A DNA stretch of 63,698 bases, filler included, from a bacterium (GTDB lineage Bacteria; JAJRZV01), in NCBI GenBank assembly GCA_024275095.1. It is 4 parts of 4 records of this genome, joined end to end, with 100 filler letters (N's around TTAATTAATTAA, not from the genome) between each part and the next. Parts side by side here need not be neighbours in the genome. Positions count along the whole stretch, not along the records: positions 1 to 23,352 come from JAJRZV010000081.1; 3 more parts are not named here. The stretch is one strand, 5' to 3'. A program made the translations under genes and the position numbers. The notes below the pieces were generated by a model. It did not search any database. It saw only the letters and a list, made by a program, of their open reading frames with translations, and was not told the DNA's origin. Of this stretch, positions 9,908 through 19,776 are shown piece after piece (the stretch's first letter is position 1; every line of letters begins with the position of its first letter).

Positions 9908-11050
9908 GTGTACAGATTGTGCTGTCAAGCTGTTTTTGCGTCAAGTTTAGCAGCCACAGCATTTTTAATCCCTTTAAATGCGCATTCTTCCTCGTATCGA
10001 ATTCGTCTTGCCGTTAAGCAGGGGCTTACAAGTGTTACGGTTACAGGAGAGAACATGCGCGTAAGAGATATGTTTTCATACAAAATTCTTCTTGATCACA
10101 TAAACCGGCTTACCATTAAGCGCAGAGGCAGAAGTTTTGTGCTTAACGGACGCAACACGTCCTTATCACGGGGAATTATCATCCAGTCCCATGGCCCCGT
10201 AAAAGTAGGAAAGCACAGATACTCAGGACGACTGGAGGTTGTTGCGGAAGGTTCTGGTCTGACGGTGGTGAACGATATTGATCTGGAGGAGTACATTGTT
10301 GGTGTTGTCAGCAGGGAGATGAGCCCGTCCTGGCCCATGGAGGCACTCAAGGCCCAGGCGGTCGCGGCGCGAACCTACGCTGTTAGTAAAATGGTCAACT
10401 CTCGCGAGAAACTCTACGATCTCGTGGGCACGGTGATGGATCAGGTTTATCACGGAGTGGGTTTTGATAACGACCGTGTGCGTAAAGCCGTGTACTCTAC
10501 ACGAGGAGAGATCCTCGCATACCGGGGACGCATCGCCCGTGTTTTTTATCACTCCACATGCGGAGGTCGCACGGAGTCCGCAGCGGATGTGTGGGGTTTC
10601 AGTGAACCGTATCTCATCAGTGTACCCTGTCCGTATGATTCCGAATCCCCGGCTTATTTCTGGAAATTCCGTATCAATGCTGCTGAACTGAGAAAGGGTC
10701 TTATCCTTTCGGGTCAGGACACAGGACGTATTCGCAAAATTACGATTCTTTCGCGAACAAAAAGCCGACGTGTAAAACGCCTGCGTATCACGGGGACCAA
10801 GAGAAGTGTAGTCCTTTCCGGAGAGGACCTGAGGCGCATGCTCGGGTACAACAGACTCAAAAGCACGAGGTTTACCATTGAAGTGGACGGTCGAGACCTC
10901 ATAATTCGGGGTAGCGGTGCGGGACACGGGGTGGGCATGTGCCAGTGGGGAGCGCGGGGAATGGCTGAAAAAGGTTTTAACTATGTACAAATCCTCAAGC
11001 ATTATTTTCCAGGTACTCACATTACATCCTGCTCGCGGTGGTTGAATTGA
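9908..11050 (+). CDS. SpoIID/LytB domain lytic transglycosylase (start uncertain)
   Basis: LEEYIVGVVSREM, EALKAQAVAARTYA, DQVY, YHSTCGG, GHGVGMCQWGA. Confidence 0.9.
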   Translation: MYRLCCQAVFASSLAATAFLIPLNAHSSSYRIRLAVKQGLTSVTVTGENMRVRDMFSYKILLDHINRLTIKRRGRSFVLNGRNTSLSRGIIIQSHGPVKVGKHRYSGRLEVVAEGSGLTVVNDIDLEEYIVGVVSREMSPSWPMEALKAQAVAARTYAVSKMVNSREKLYDLVGTVMDQVYHGVGFDNDRVRKAVYSTRGEILAYRGRIARVFYHSTCGGRTESAADVWGFSEPYLISVPCPYDSESPAYFWKFRINAAELRKGLILSGQDTGRIRKITILSRTKSRRVKRLRITGTKRSVVLSGEDLRRMLGYNRLKSTRFTIEVDGRDLIIRGSGAGHGVGMCQWGARGMAEKGFNYVQILKHYFPGTHITSCSRWLN

Positions 11051-12078
11051 AAAGAAGTTCGCTTTACCACATAGAAAGTTATCAGTACACCCTTCCTTCA
11101 GAACTTATAGCACAAAAGCCTCTTGAACATCGTGAAGAGTCACGCATGATGGTGGTGGATCGTAGAAAAGGCACACGAGAGCATCATCTGTTCAAGGAAC
11201 TGCCCGCTTTTTTAAATGACGGGGATGTGGTGGTTGTCAATGATTCGCGCGTGTTTCACGCGCGTCTTTCCCTTCAGAAGCCTACCGGGGGACGGGTGGA
11301 TTTGCTCGTTTTAAAAGTGATGGCTGGGCGGATACAGGCGTATCTTGAAAGGGGAAAAAATATTTATTCTGGCCTGGAGCTTTTCCATCAGACCGGTCTG
11401 GCCTTCAGGGTATTAAAAAAGGAAGAACGCTTCCTGGAACTCGAAGCATCCCGTGAGCTTACGCTGGAGGAGATAGACCGTCTGGGACGGCTGCCTCTTC
11501 CCCCTTACATAAAGCGTGAGCCAGCTCCACCGGACGAGGAACGGTATCAAACCGTATTTGCCCGGGAACCCGGGAGCATTGCTGCTCCTACTGCAGGACT
11601 GCATTTCAGCGAAACCATGTTGCAGAGTCTTCAAAATGTCGGAGTGGACATTGTTACGGTGACCCTCCATGTAAGCCTGGGCACATTTCAACCTGTCAAG
11701 GTTGCTGATATTCGCAGGCACAGGGTGTATCCAGAGTACTATCGAATTTCTTCTGAGGCTGCTGATCGTGTTAACACCGCCCTGGAACGAGGGAGGCGAG
11801 TCCTCTGTGTTGGTACCACCACGGTACGGGCACTTGAGACAAGCGTGCGCGATGGGCGTGTTGTTCCTGGTGAAGGAAAAACGGAACTTTACATTTACCC
11901 TGGATTTCACTTTCAGGTTACAGGGGCGTTGCTTACGAATTTTCATCTGCCATGTTCTTCTCTTCTTATGCTCGTTTGCGCGTTTGGTGGTTATGAGACG
12001 ATAATGGATGCTTACAGAGAGGCTGTTGAAAGACGGTACAGGTTTTATTCATATGGCGACTGCATGCTCATACTTTAA
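11038..12078 (+). CDS. queA: S-adenosylmethionine:tRNA ribosyltransferase-isomerase
   Basis: PLPPYIKR, YQTVFA, AAPTAGLHF, VGTTTVRALE, TNFHLP, YRFYSYGD. Confidence 0.97.
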   Translation: MVELKRSSLYHIESYQYTLPSELIAQKPLEHREESRMMVVDRRKGTREHHLFKELPAFLNDGDVVVVNDSRVFHARLSLQKPTGGRVDLLVLKVMAGRIQAYLERGKNIYSGLELFHQTGLAFRVLKKEERFLELEASRELTLEEIDRLGRLPLPPYIKREPAPPDEERYQTVFAREPGSIAAPTAGLHFSETMLQSLQNVGVDIVTVTLHVSLGTFQPVKVADIRRHRVYPEYYRISSEAADRVNTALERGRRVLCVGTTTVRALETSVRDGRVVPGEGKTELYIYPGFHFQVTGALLTNFHLPCSSLLMLVCAFGGYETIMDAYREAVERRYRFYSYGDCMLIL

Positions 12079-13183
12079 GTTTGAGCTCATCCAGGGTGAT
12101 CGTACAGGTCCCCGTTTGGGCAGGATTCTATTTCGCCACGGTGTTGTGGAAACACCTGCTTTTTTCCCCGTGGGCACCGTGGGTACGGTTAAAGGTGTTT
12201 CATGTTCAGAACTGGAAGCAGTGGGTGTGCGCGGAATGCTCAGTAACGCCTTTCACATATACCTGCGCGGCAATCTTGACCTCATACGCCGCCTTGGAGG
12301 GCTCCACAATTTTGTACGCTTTAAAGGCATGATTATCACTGACAGCGGAGGTTTTCACATTAAATCCCTGGCCCAGCACACACGGGTGACTCCTGAAGGA
12401 ATGCAGTTTAGTTCTCCTTTTGACGGTTCGCGGCATTTTCTCTCGCCAGAGGAAGTTGTACACATCCAGGAAGCACTGGACTCGGATGTAAAACTCCCGC
12501 TTGATGTATGTCCATCATACCCGGAAGGCGAAAAAGAACAGGAACATGCCACCCGGCTTACTCTTCAGTGGTATGAAAGAGCTCAGCAGGCTGTGAAAAA
12601 GCCCGATCAGGGCTTCCTCGGGATCGTACAGGGTGGGTTTGATGAGGCTTTAAGGCGGTGGGCGGCGCGCGAGACTGTAAAATTCGGTTTTCACGGATAC
12701 GCTATCGGGGGTCTCAGTGTTGGTGAGCCCAAGCATTTGACTTTTCAGCTCCTTCAGGCCGTTAATGAGGAATTACCCTCCGAGCAAATCCGTTATCTTA
12801 TGGGGATGGGCAAACCTCAGGATATAGTCACAGCAGTTGAAATAGGTACGGATTTATTCGATTGTGTGATCCCCACGCGCAATGCACGCAACGGTACTCT
12901 TTACACCTGGAAGGAGGGTGTTATAAGAATTCGTAATAGTTCAATGAAGGATGACCCCTGTGTAATAGAGGAGGGGTGCAGGTGTCCTGCGTGCGCTGGA
13001 GGTTACTCGAGAGCATTTCTTGCGTATCTTTACCGGTGTGGGGAGATGCTTGCCTTGAAGTTGTTGACATTGCATAATTTATTTTTCTTTCAGACTTTGA
13101 TGAACCGAATACGCGAAGCCGTGAAAAAGGGCACATTTGGAGAATTAAAAACACAGGTGTTGGACCTGTTTGGGGAGGATTAA
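12053..13183 (+). CDS. tgt: tRNA-guanine transglycosylase
   Basis: TDSGGF, GIVQGG, AIGGLSVGE, RYLMG, FDCVIPTRNARNG, Zn site CRCPAC...HN. Confidence 0.95.
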   Translation: MATACSYFKFELIQGDRTGPRLGRILFRHGVVETPAFFPVGTVGTVKGVSCSELEAVGVRGMLSNAFHIYLRGNLDLIRRLGGLHNFVRFKGMIITDSGGFHIKSLAQHTRVTPEGMQFSSPFDGSRHFLSPEEVVHIQEALDSDVKLPLDVCPSYPEGEKEQEHATRLTLQWYERAQQAVKKPDQGFLGIVQGGFDEALRRWAARETVKFGFHGYAIGGLSVGEPKHLTFQLLQAVNEELPSEQIRYLMGMGKPQDIVTAVEIGTDLFDCVIPTRNARNGTLYTWKEGVIRIRNSSMKDDPCVIEEGCRCPACAGGYSRAFLAYLYRCGEMLALKLLTLHNLFFFQTLMNRIREAVKKGTFGELKTQVLDLFGED

Positions 13184-13184
13184 T

Positions 13185-13517
13185 ATGAACAGTTTGACCA
13201 TTTTGCTTGCACTTGTCTCGCAGGAAGCACAGCGCAAACCGGGCATGTTTGAAGCTCTTCTTCCCATCATTATTATCTTTCTCATTTTTTACTTCATTCT
13301 CATTCGACCGCAGCAAAAGCGTCTTAAAGCGCATCGCAATTTTTTGAGCAACCTTCAGAAGGGTGAAGAGGTTGTGACAACAGGCGGACTTATTGGGCGG
13401 GTTGTGGGTATTGCCGAACGCGTTGTGACTCTTGACCTGGGCGGCAATGTGAGGGTAAAGGTTGTCAAAGATCAAATTGCAGGCCCTTACCGGGAGCGCA
13501 GTGAAAAACAGACTTGA
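13185..13517 (+). CDS. yajC: preprotein translocase subunit YajC
   Basis: FYFILIRPQQKR, GEEVVTTGGLIG; follows tgt. Confidence 0.95.
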   Translation: MNSLTILLALVSQEAQRKPGMFEALLPIIIIFLIFYFILIRPQQKRLKAHRNFLSNLQKGEEVVTTGGLIGRVVGIAERVVTLDLGGNVRVKVVKDQIAGPYRERSEKQT

Positions 13518-14184
13518 GATAGGTCCTGGAGCATTGGATTTTCTTGCTTCGACACCGGAGGCCAAGGTCCTTCTCGATCGTGCTGATCGTTATCTTGAAG
13601 CTATAGGATATACCGAGCACGGGGTCAGACACGCAAAAGTCGTGGCCAAGTTTGCCAGGCGGATTCTCGAAGCCCTGGGTAAGGATCCGCACACAGTAGA
13701 GCTCGCTGCTATTGCCGGTTATTTTCACGATGTTGGCAATGCCCTTGGTCGGCAGCACCACGATCTGGCCGGAGCGTTTCTCGTCAAAGACCTGCTCATG
13801 CAGTATGAAGTACCGCTGGAAGACCGCCTTATCATCATGGAAGCGATTGCCAATCACGAAAACGAACGCCTGGATGTGGCTGATGAGGTTACAGCAGCCG
13901 TGGTTATTGGTGATAAAAGTGATGTTCACCGCACGCGCGTACGGAATACCGAATTTATCACATTCGATATTCACGACAGGGTCAACTACGCTGTCACACG
14001 CAGCACCGTACGCGTTGACATACAGAAGAAAGAAATCATACTCGAGCTGGAAATCGACACTTCTATTTCCTCGGTGACTGAATACTTTGAAATTTTCCTT
14101 ACGAGGATGTTATTCTCCCGTAAAGCAGCGCGTCGTCTTGGATGCGGCTTTGGAATATTGGCTAATGGAGTGAGGCTGGCTTAA
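13501..14184 (+). CDS. HD-domain metal-dependent phosphohydrolase
   Basis: GYTEHG, FHDVGN, ANHE, GDKSDVHR; GTG start after GGGAG. Confidence 0.85.
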   Translation: MKNRLEIGPGALDFLASTPEAKVLLDRADRYLEAIGYTEHGVRHAKVVAKFARRILEALGKDPHTVELAAIAGYFHDVGNALGRQHHDLAGAFLVKDLLMQYEVPLEDRLIIMEAIANHENERLDVADEVTAAVVIGDKSDVHRTRVRNTEFITFDIHDRVNYAVTRSTVRVDIQKKEIILELEIDTSISSVTEYFEIFLTRMLFSRKAARRLGCGFGILANGVRLA

Positions 14185-15905
14185 TGGAACAGCGGATAAA
14201 AGTCAAACTGACAGTTGTTGTTGTTTCATTCCTGGTGGCTGTGTGGCTTGTGATTCCGTCGCTTCAGCTTCCCATACCATCTATTCTCAAACCCATCTTT
14301 CCCAAGCGCACCCTTCGTTTGGGTCTTGACCTCAAAGGGGGGATCCACCTGGTGCTAGGTGTGGATGTGGAAGCAGCAGTTAAAAACCTCACTGACAGAA
14401 TGATGAGCGCTGCAGAAGAGATTATTGAAGAGAAAAAAGCAGAGGGGAAGGTTTATCGAACCGGTACTGACGAGTTTGCTGTAGAGGTGACTTCCCCGGT
14501 GGCGGCAGATGTGGAAGCGGCTTTGTTGGATCGTTTTGCTCCTCAGCTTATAAAACGGCGCATGGAAATGGTGGAAGGCAAAGCCGTCATATATTTCGGT
14601 CTCCATCAGGGAGAAATCAATCGCATCCGCAAGAATACCATTGACCAGGCGATAGAAACCATACGCAATCGTATTGACCAGTTCGGTGTAACTGAACCTG
14701 TGGTCCAGAGGCAGGGTGAAGATCACATCCTCATACAGCTTCCAGGCATTGCCGATCCGGAACGTGCAAAGAACATTATTGGCAAAACAGCACTGCTGGA
14801 GTTCAAAATCGTTGATGACGAGTCTAAATTTTTTGAACAGTTCAAAGACAAACTCCCGGAAGGGGTGTACCTGAGCTATGAAAGTGTACAGAAACCTGAC
14901 GGTTCGGTTGTAAAGGTTCCGTACCTCTGGTCGCGCTCGGAATCTGCACTGAAAAAAATCGTGAAAGGAAAGGTGCCTCCTGACCATGTCGTGCTTATTG
15001 GAGAAATGGATCGTTCGAGGCGTGGGGGCACACGGTCCTATCGCACCTACTATCTTCAGGCCAAAACCCTTTTAACAGGCGATTACATACAGGATGCACG
15101 GGTGAGGTTCACGAGTCAATTCAACGAGCCCTACGTGGCGATCAAGTTTACTTCCCAGGGTGGGCGCATATTCGAAGATATCACTGCACGCAACGTGGGG
15201 CGCAGGCTCGCCATTATTCTTGACAATCGCGTTTATTCCGCCCCGCGTATAAAAGAGCGCATTGCCGGAGGCAGTGCTATTATTGAAGGGTCTTTTACAA
15301 CCGAAGAAGCTCATGATCTTGCCCTTGTTTTACGTTCGGGTGCACTGCCTGCTCCTGTAACAGTGGAGGAAGAGCGCACAGTGGGCCCATCACTGGGTCG
15401 GGATTCCATACGCCAGGGCCTTTTCTCAATTGTCATCGGTGGAGTCATTCTTTTTATATTCATTGTCGTGTATTACCGTGCATCCGGGTTGCTGGCTGAC
15501 TTCGCTTTGTTTTTCAACCTCGTTCTCGTTGCAGCTGTCATGAGTTTGTTCGAGGCGACTCTTACTCTGCCGGGCATTGCGGGTCTTATACTTACAGTTG
15601 GTATGGCTGTGGATGCGAATGTGCTGATATTCGAGCGCATGAGGGAGGAACTCGACCTCGGCAAGACCCCCCGTGCGGTTGTAGAATCCGGTTTCAATCG
15701 CGCTTTTCTCACAATTGTTGACGCCAATATTACCACCGTGCTTGCAGCTGCCATCCTTTTCCAGTTCGGGACCGGACCCATAAAGGGATTTGCAGTAACA
15801 CTCACCATCGGGATTCTCGCTTCAATGTACACGGCTGTATTTGCTGTCAGAGCGATATACGAGTATCTTGTTTACGTCGTTCGAATTGAGAGGATCAGCA
15901 TATGA
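14184..15905 (+). CDS. secD: protein translocase subunit SecD
   Basis: LGLDLKGG, RNRIDQFGV, LRSGALPAP, GMAVDANVLIFER. Confidence 0.97.
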   Translation: MEQRIKVKLTVVVVSFLVAVWLVIPSLQLPIPSILKPIFPKRTLRLGLDLKGGIHLVLGVDVEAAVKNLTDRMMSAAEEIIEEKKAEGKVYRTGTDEFAVEVTSPVAADVEAALLDRFAPQLIKRRMEMVEGKAVIYFGLHQGEINRIRKNTIDQAIETIRNRIDQFGVTEPVVQRQGEDHILIQLPGIADPERAKNIIGKTALLEFKIVDDESKFFEQFKDKLPEGVYLSYESVQKPDGSVVKVPYLWSRSESALKKIVKGKVPPDHVVLIGEMDRSRRGGTRSYRTYYLQAKTLLTGDYIQDARVRFTSQFNEPYVAIKFTSQGGRIFEDITARNVGRRLAIILDNRVYSAPRIKERIAGGSAIIEGSFTTEEAHDLALVLRSGALPAPVTVEEERTVGPSLGRDSIRQGLFSIVIGGVILFIFIVVYYRASGLLADFALFFNLVLVAAVMSLFEATLTLPGIAGLILTVGMAVDANVLIFERMREELDLGKTPRAVVESGFNRAFLTIVDANITTVLAAAILFQFGTGPIKGFAVTLTIGILASMYTAVFAVRAIYEYLVYVVRIERISI

Positions 15906-16795
15906 TCAGGATCATACCCAGAGGTGTTAACGTTGACTTTGTGGGTAAGCGCTTCTATTTCATTGTCCTAAGTTTGATTCTCATTGCTGCTGGTATGGCG
16001 CACGTGGTTGTTCACGGAGGATTCCGTTACGGTATTGATTTTTCAGGTGGTATTCTCATTCAGGTGCGTTTCACAAATGGAGGACCGGACATTGGGACAC
16101 TGCGCAGGGATGTGAGCGCCATGCACGTGGGTACGGTTACCGTTCAGGATTTTGAACATGCGAGCGAGTATCTAATACGCCTTCAGAAAACGAAAGAAGA
16201 ACCTGCAGCCCTGGCCGATCGCGTTGTAAAGCAGCTGCGGCAGAAGTATGGTGAAGGCATGGAGGTGCGGCGCATAGAAACAGTGGGAGCGCGTGTTGGT
16301 GCGGACCTCAAGCGCAGGGGTATACTATCGGTGATATTCGCCATCATTGGGATGCTCATATATATTACCTGGCGGTTTCAATTCTCTTTCGGGCTTGGTG
16401 CCATAGTTGCCCTGGCGCACGATGTGCTCATCACTCTTGGAGCTATATCCATTGCCGGCAAGGAAATAGACCTGGTCATCATAGCCGCATTGCTCACCAT
16501 CGTGGGATATTCTGTTAACGATACGATTGTGGTGTACGACCGAATCCGCGAAAATATTCGTAAAAGACGCAGGGCTCCCTTTCCACAGGTGGTTAATGTC
16601 AGCATTAACGAAACGCTGTCACGAACCATTTTGACTTCATTTACCACGCTGATTATGGTGTTTGCACTGTTTGTATTCGGAGGTGGAATTATTCACGATT
16701 TTGCGTACGTGCTCCTCGTTGGAATCATCACGGGCACGTATTCATCCATATTTGTTGCATCTCCCATTGTTATTTCACTGCAGCGTAAGAGGTAG
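15902..16795 (+). CDS. secF: protein translocase subunit SecF
   Basis: GIDFSGG, GYSVNDTIVVYDRIRE, GTYSSIFVA. Confidence 0.97.
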   Translation: MIRIIPRGVNVDFVGKRFYFIVLSLILIAAGMAHVVVHGGFRYGIDFSGGILIQVRFTNGGPDIGTLRRDVSAMHVGTVTVQDFEHASEYLIRLQKTKEEPAALADRVVKQLRQKYGEGMEVRRIETVGARVGADLKRRGILSVIFAIIGMLIYITWRFQFSFGLGAIVALAHDVLITLGAISIAGKEIDLVIIAALLTIVGYSVNDTIVVYDRIRENIRKRRRAPFPQVVNVSINETLSRTILTSFTTLIMVFALFVFGGGIIHDFAYVLLVGIITGTYSSIFVASPIVISLQRKR

Positions 16796-16801
16796 GATGC
16801 A

Positions 16802-17314
16802 GTGACGTGGGGTGAAGTAATCCTCTCCATTGCCTACTTCACCCTCTCGGTTGTGTTTCTCGTATCCAACATTTTCGGCGTTCCAGGTAATGCCCTTATT
16901 TTTCTTGCCACGCTGGGGTACAAGCTTGTACTGGGGTCGGACCAGTTCGGGTGGCTGCCGCTTGGAATTGTCCTTGCGTTGTTCGTGGCAGGAGAAGTCC
17001 TGGAGAGTTACCTTGGACTGCGTGGGGCTAAACGGGCAGGAGTGTCGCGTAAGGGGCTTGTTGCCTCTTTTATCGGTGCCATTCTCGGTTCAATTTTGTT
17101 CGCTCCTTTTCTTTTCGGGGTGGGGGCTATTATAGGAGCGGCGCTCGGTGCTTTTACAGGCGCGTTCGTGTTTACGCTGGTGGAAGAGCGACGCCTGGGC
17201 AAAGCCGTGGAGGGCGGTGTTGAGTCTGCCAAAGGGAGGCTTTTGGGAACAGCAGTAAAGGGAGTTCTCGGTTTATCCATGATCCTCCTCTCCGCTTACG
17301 TGGTTATTACCTGA
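16802..17314 (+). CDS. DUF456 family membrane protein
   Basis: Gly-rich multi-TM protein: PG motif, GAKRAGVS, GAIIGAALGAF. Confidence 0.7.
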   Translation: MTWGEVILSIAYFTLSVVFLVSNIFGVPGNALIFLATLGYKLVLGSDQFGWLPLGIVLALFVAGEVLESYLGLRGAKRAGVSRKGLVASFIGAILGSILFAPFLFGVGAIIGAALGAFTGAFVFTLVEERRLGKAVEGGVESAKGRLLGTAVKGVLGLSMILLSAYVVIT

Positions 17315-17316
17315 TA

Positions 17317-19014
17317 ATGTGGCCGCTCAAGGCACACGATTCTGATGCGGCATCTCGATTGGTGGAGAGCTTGAAAATTCCTCCGCTCCTCGCGCGGGTT
17401 CTCTCTGCAAGAGGAATTACCACGACGGAAGAGGCAATTCGCTTTTTGTCTCCCAGGCTTTCTCACATGAACGACCCTTTCACAATTCCGGGCATGGAAA
17501 AGGCTGCTCTGCGTCTGGCGAAAGCTGTTCAGAATGGCGAAACAATTGTCGTGCATGGTGATTATGATGCAGACGGCGTGTCTGCTGCAGTACTCCTTAC
17601 GCTTTTCCTTCGTGCCCTTGGTGTGAAAGCAGAATTTTACATACCCCACCGCATTGACGAAGGACACGGTATCAGCTTGCTCGTCGGTGATTTTCTTAAA
17701 CGGACGGGGAGCCACATCCTTGTTACCGTAGATTGCGGGATCAGGAACGTGGAAGAGGTCAAAGCACTTCAGGATAAGGGTTGTGAAGTAATCGTAACCG
17801 ATCACCACCTTCCCGGTGACGAGCTCCCTCCCGCTACTGCAGTTGCGGATCCTTTGCTTGCAGGTTCTGCCTACAAGGGGCATCTATCAGGAGTGGGAGT
17901 GGCGTTTATGCTTGTTACGGCTCTCAGGCGCCTTCTTCGGGAAAAGGGTTGGTTCAGAGCAGAAGAAGAAATCAATCTCAAGTCGTTCCTGGACCTTGTT
18001 GCCATTGGCACGGTAGCCGACGTTGTCCCCCTTACAGGGGACAATCGCCTCTTTGTCAAATACGGGCTCAAGCTCATGCAGACTTCACCCCGCCCCGGCA
18101 TTCAGGCTCTTGCGGAAGTCGCCGGCCTTAAATATCAGCAACTGAACACATGGGATATTGCGTTCAAACTTGCACCTCGAATAAACGCGGCGGGCCGGAT
18201 GCTTCATGCAGGTCAGGCGGCAAAATTGCTGATGGAAGAAGATTACGAAAGAGCGATCGCAGGAGCTCGAGAACTCCACCGCCTCAACGCCGAGAGGCAG
18301 AAAGCCGAGACAGAAATCCTGCGCGAAGCAGAGGAAAGCGTGTTATCAGCTGTATACGAGGATCACCCGGTGATTGTGATTGCGTCTGAGGGATGGAATC
18401 CCGGGGTTCTCGGTATTGTGGCAGCACGCATTGTAGAAAAGTATGGAAAACCATGTATTGCCATTGGCATTCTCGATGAATGCGGTATTGGTTCGGCGCG
18501 GGCACCGGAAGGTGTAAACCTTGTGGAAATTCTTTCTGCTGTCTCGGGACTTCTCATATCGTACGGAGGTCATGCAGCGGCAGCGGGACTCCGCATCGCT
18601 CCCGAGCTCATAGATGATTTCCGCCAGCAGCTTCTCGAAGTGGCCGCAGGAATAAATGCTGTTGAGAAAGCTTCGCGTCCTGTTGATGCAGAAGCCGTGC
18701 CCTCAGAGCTTCGTACTGAGATTTTTCAAGCATTTCAATACATGGAGCCTTACGGGGAAGGCAATCCCAGGCCCCTTATTCTCACACGGGGTTTAAGGGT
18801 GCTACGCGCCATCAACCTCGAGGGTGGACATCTCAAAATTTTCTTTGCTGGTGCGGAAAAGGATATTCAGGGGCTCATTTTTGGGATGGCTGACCACTAT
18901 TCGTGGCTTGCTCCCGGTGATATCGTAGATGTTGTATTTACCCCCGCTGTGGACCAGTGGGAGGATTACATCTCTCCGTATCTTAAAATTACAGAACTCA
19001 GCCCTTCCAAGTGA
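17317..19014 (+). CDS. recJ: single-stranded DNA exonuclease RecJ
   Basis: GDYDADG, TVDCG, TDHH, GTVADVVPL, PRINAAGR, GGHAAAAG. Confidence 0.96.
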   Translation: MWPLKAHDSDAASRLVESLKIPPLLARVLSARGITTTEEAIRFLSPRLSHMNDPFTIPGMEKAALRLAKAVQNGETIVVHGDYDADGVSAAVLLTLFLRALGVKAEFYIPHRIDEGHGISLLVGDFLKRTGSHILVTVDCGIRNVEEVKALQDKGCEVIVTDHHLPGDELPPATAVADPLLAGSAYKGHLSGVGVAFMLVTALRRLLREKGWFRAEEEINLKSFLDLVAIGTVADVVPLTGDNRLFVKYGLKLMQTSPRPGIQALAEVAGLKYQQLNTWDIAFKLAPRINAAGRMLHAGQAAKLLMEEDYERAIAGARELHRLNAERQKAETEILREAEESVLSAVYEDHPVIVIASEGWNPGVLGIVAARIVEKYGKPCIAIGILDECGIGSARAPEGVNLVEILSAVSGLLISYGGHAAAAGLRIAPELIDDFRQQLLEVAAGINAVEKASRPVDAEAVPSELRTEIFQAFQYMEPYGEGNPRPLILTRGLRVLRAINLEGGHLKIFFAGAEKDIQGLIFGMADHYSWLAPGDIVDVVFTPAVDQWEDYISPYLKITELSPSK

Positions 19015-19081
19015 CGTGCGTCACACTCTTTGACGCACTGCATAATTTTTTCTTGACAAAAATGACGCGCCGTGTTAATTT
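19011..19081 (+). promoter_or_regulatory. sigma70 promoter with repeated TGACGC operator-like sites
   Basis: TTGACA (19053-58), 17 bp, TG-n-TAATTT (19076-81); GTGACGTGCGTCAC, TGACGCACTGCATAA, TGACGCGCCGTGTTA. Confidence 0.55.
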
Positions 19082-19112
19082 TTAACTGAAGATTAATATG
19101 AGGAGGTGGAAA

Positions 19113-19301
19113 ATGGCAGCGAGAAAAAAGGTTACCAAGAATGAATGGGAGCTGGAGAGCCTGAAAAAGCGTGGCATGGCTTACGAGAAAGAACTTAAAA
19201 AGAGAGTTGAAAAAGCCCGCGAAAGTGTAAGGGCTCTCTTCGACCAGACCCTCTCGGCTGTGATGGAAGCCGCAGCGAGAATTCCGGTCATCAGCAAATA
19301 A
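19113..19301 (+). CDS. small helical hypothetical protein (possible granule-associated protein)
   Basis: RBS GGAGGT; 62-aa charged helical sequence directly upstream of the phasin-like gene. Confidence 0.7.
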   Translation: MAARKKVTKNEWELESLKKRGMAYEKELKKRVEKARESVRALFDQTLSAVMEAAARIPVISK

Positions 19302-19320
19302 TTTTCAAGGAGGTGCAATA

Positions 19321-19776
19321 ATGGCAGCACAGGCGAAAAAAGGAGGAGGCGCCAAAAAGACTGGTGCCAAAAAAGGAGGCGCTCGCAAGGCTCCTGCTAA
19401 GAAGCCCGTTGCACAGGCAAAGGCAGCGCAACCCTCTGCCTCAGTGCTCAAGGATACAATTCGAGATGCCTGGTATGCAGGTCTTGGTGCACTTTCCCTC
19501 TCAGAGGAAAAAGCCCGCGAAATACTCAACTCTCTTGTTGAGAAGGGGAAGCTGAGCGAGAGGGAAGCGACAAAATTCTTCAACGACTTCCGTAAAAGGG
19601 TGGAGAAGAATCGGAAAGACCTGGAGAAATGGGTGGAAGAGCGCATCAAACAGGTAGTTCCCAACTTGAAGATTCCCTCTGTGGAGGAGTGGAAAAAAGA
19701 AGTTCAGCAGCGTTTGAAAAAACTTGAGGACGTGGTTGAGAAAATCCGTACAGGAAAGGTCACGAGCAAGAAGTAA
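19321..19776 (+). CDS. phasin/polyhydroxyalkanoate granule-associated family protein with Lys/Ala-rich N-terminal tail
   Basis: AWYAGLGALSLSEEKA...LVEKGKLSEREA...LKIPS...LKKLE; RBS AAGGAGGT. Confidence 0.75.
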   Translation: MAAQAKKGGGAKKTGAKKGGARKAPAKKPVAQAKAAQPSASVLKDTIRDAWYAGLGALSLSEEKAREILNSLVEKGKLSEREATKFFNDFRKRVEKNRKDLEKWVEERIKQVVPNLKIPSVEEWKKEVQQRLKKLEDVVEKIRTGKVTSKK

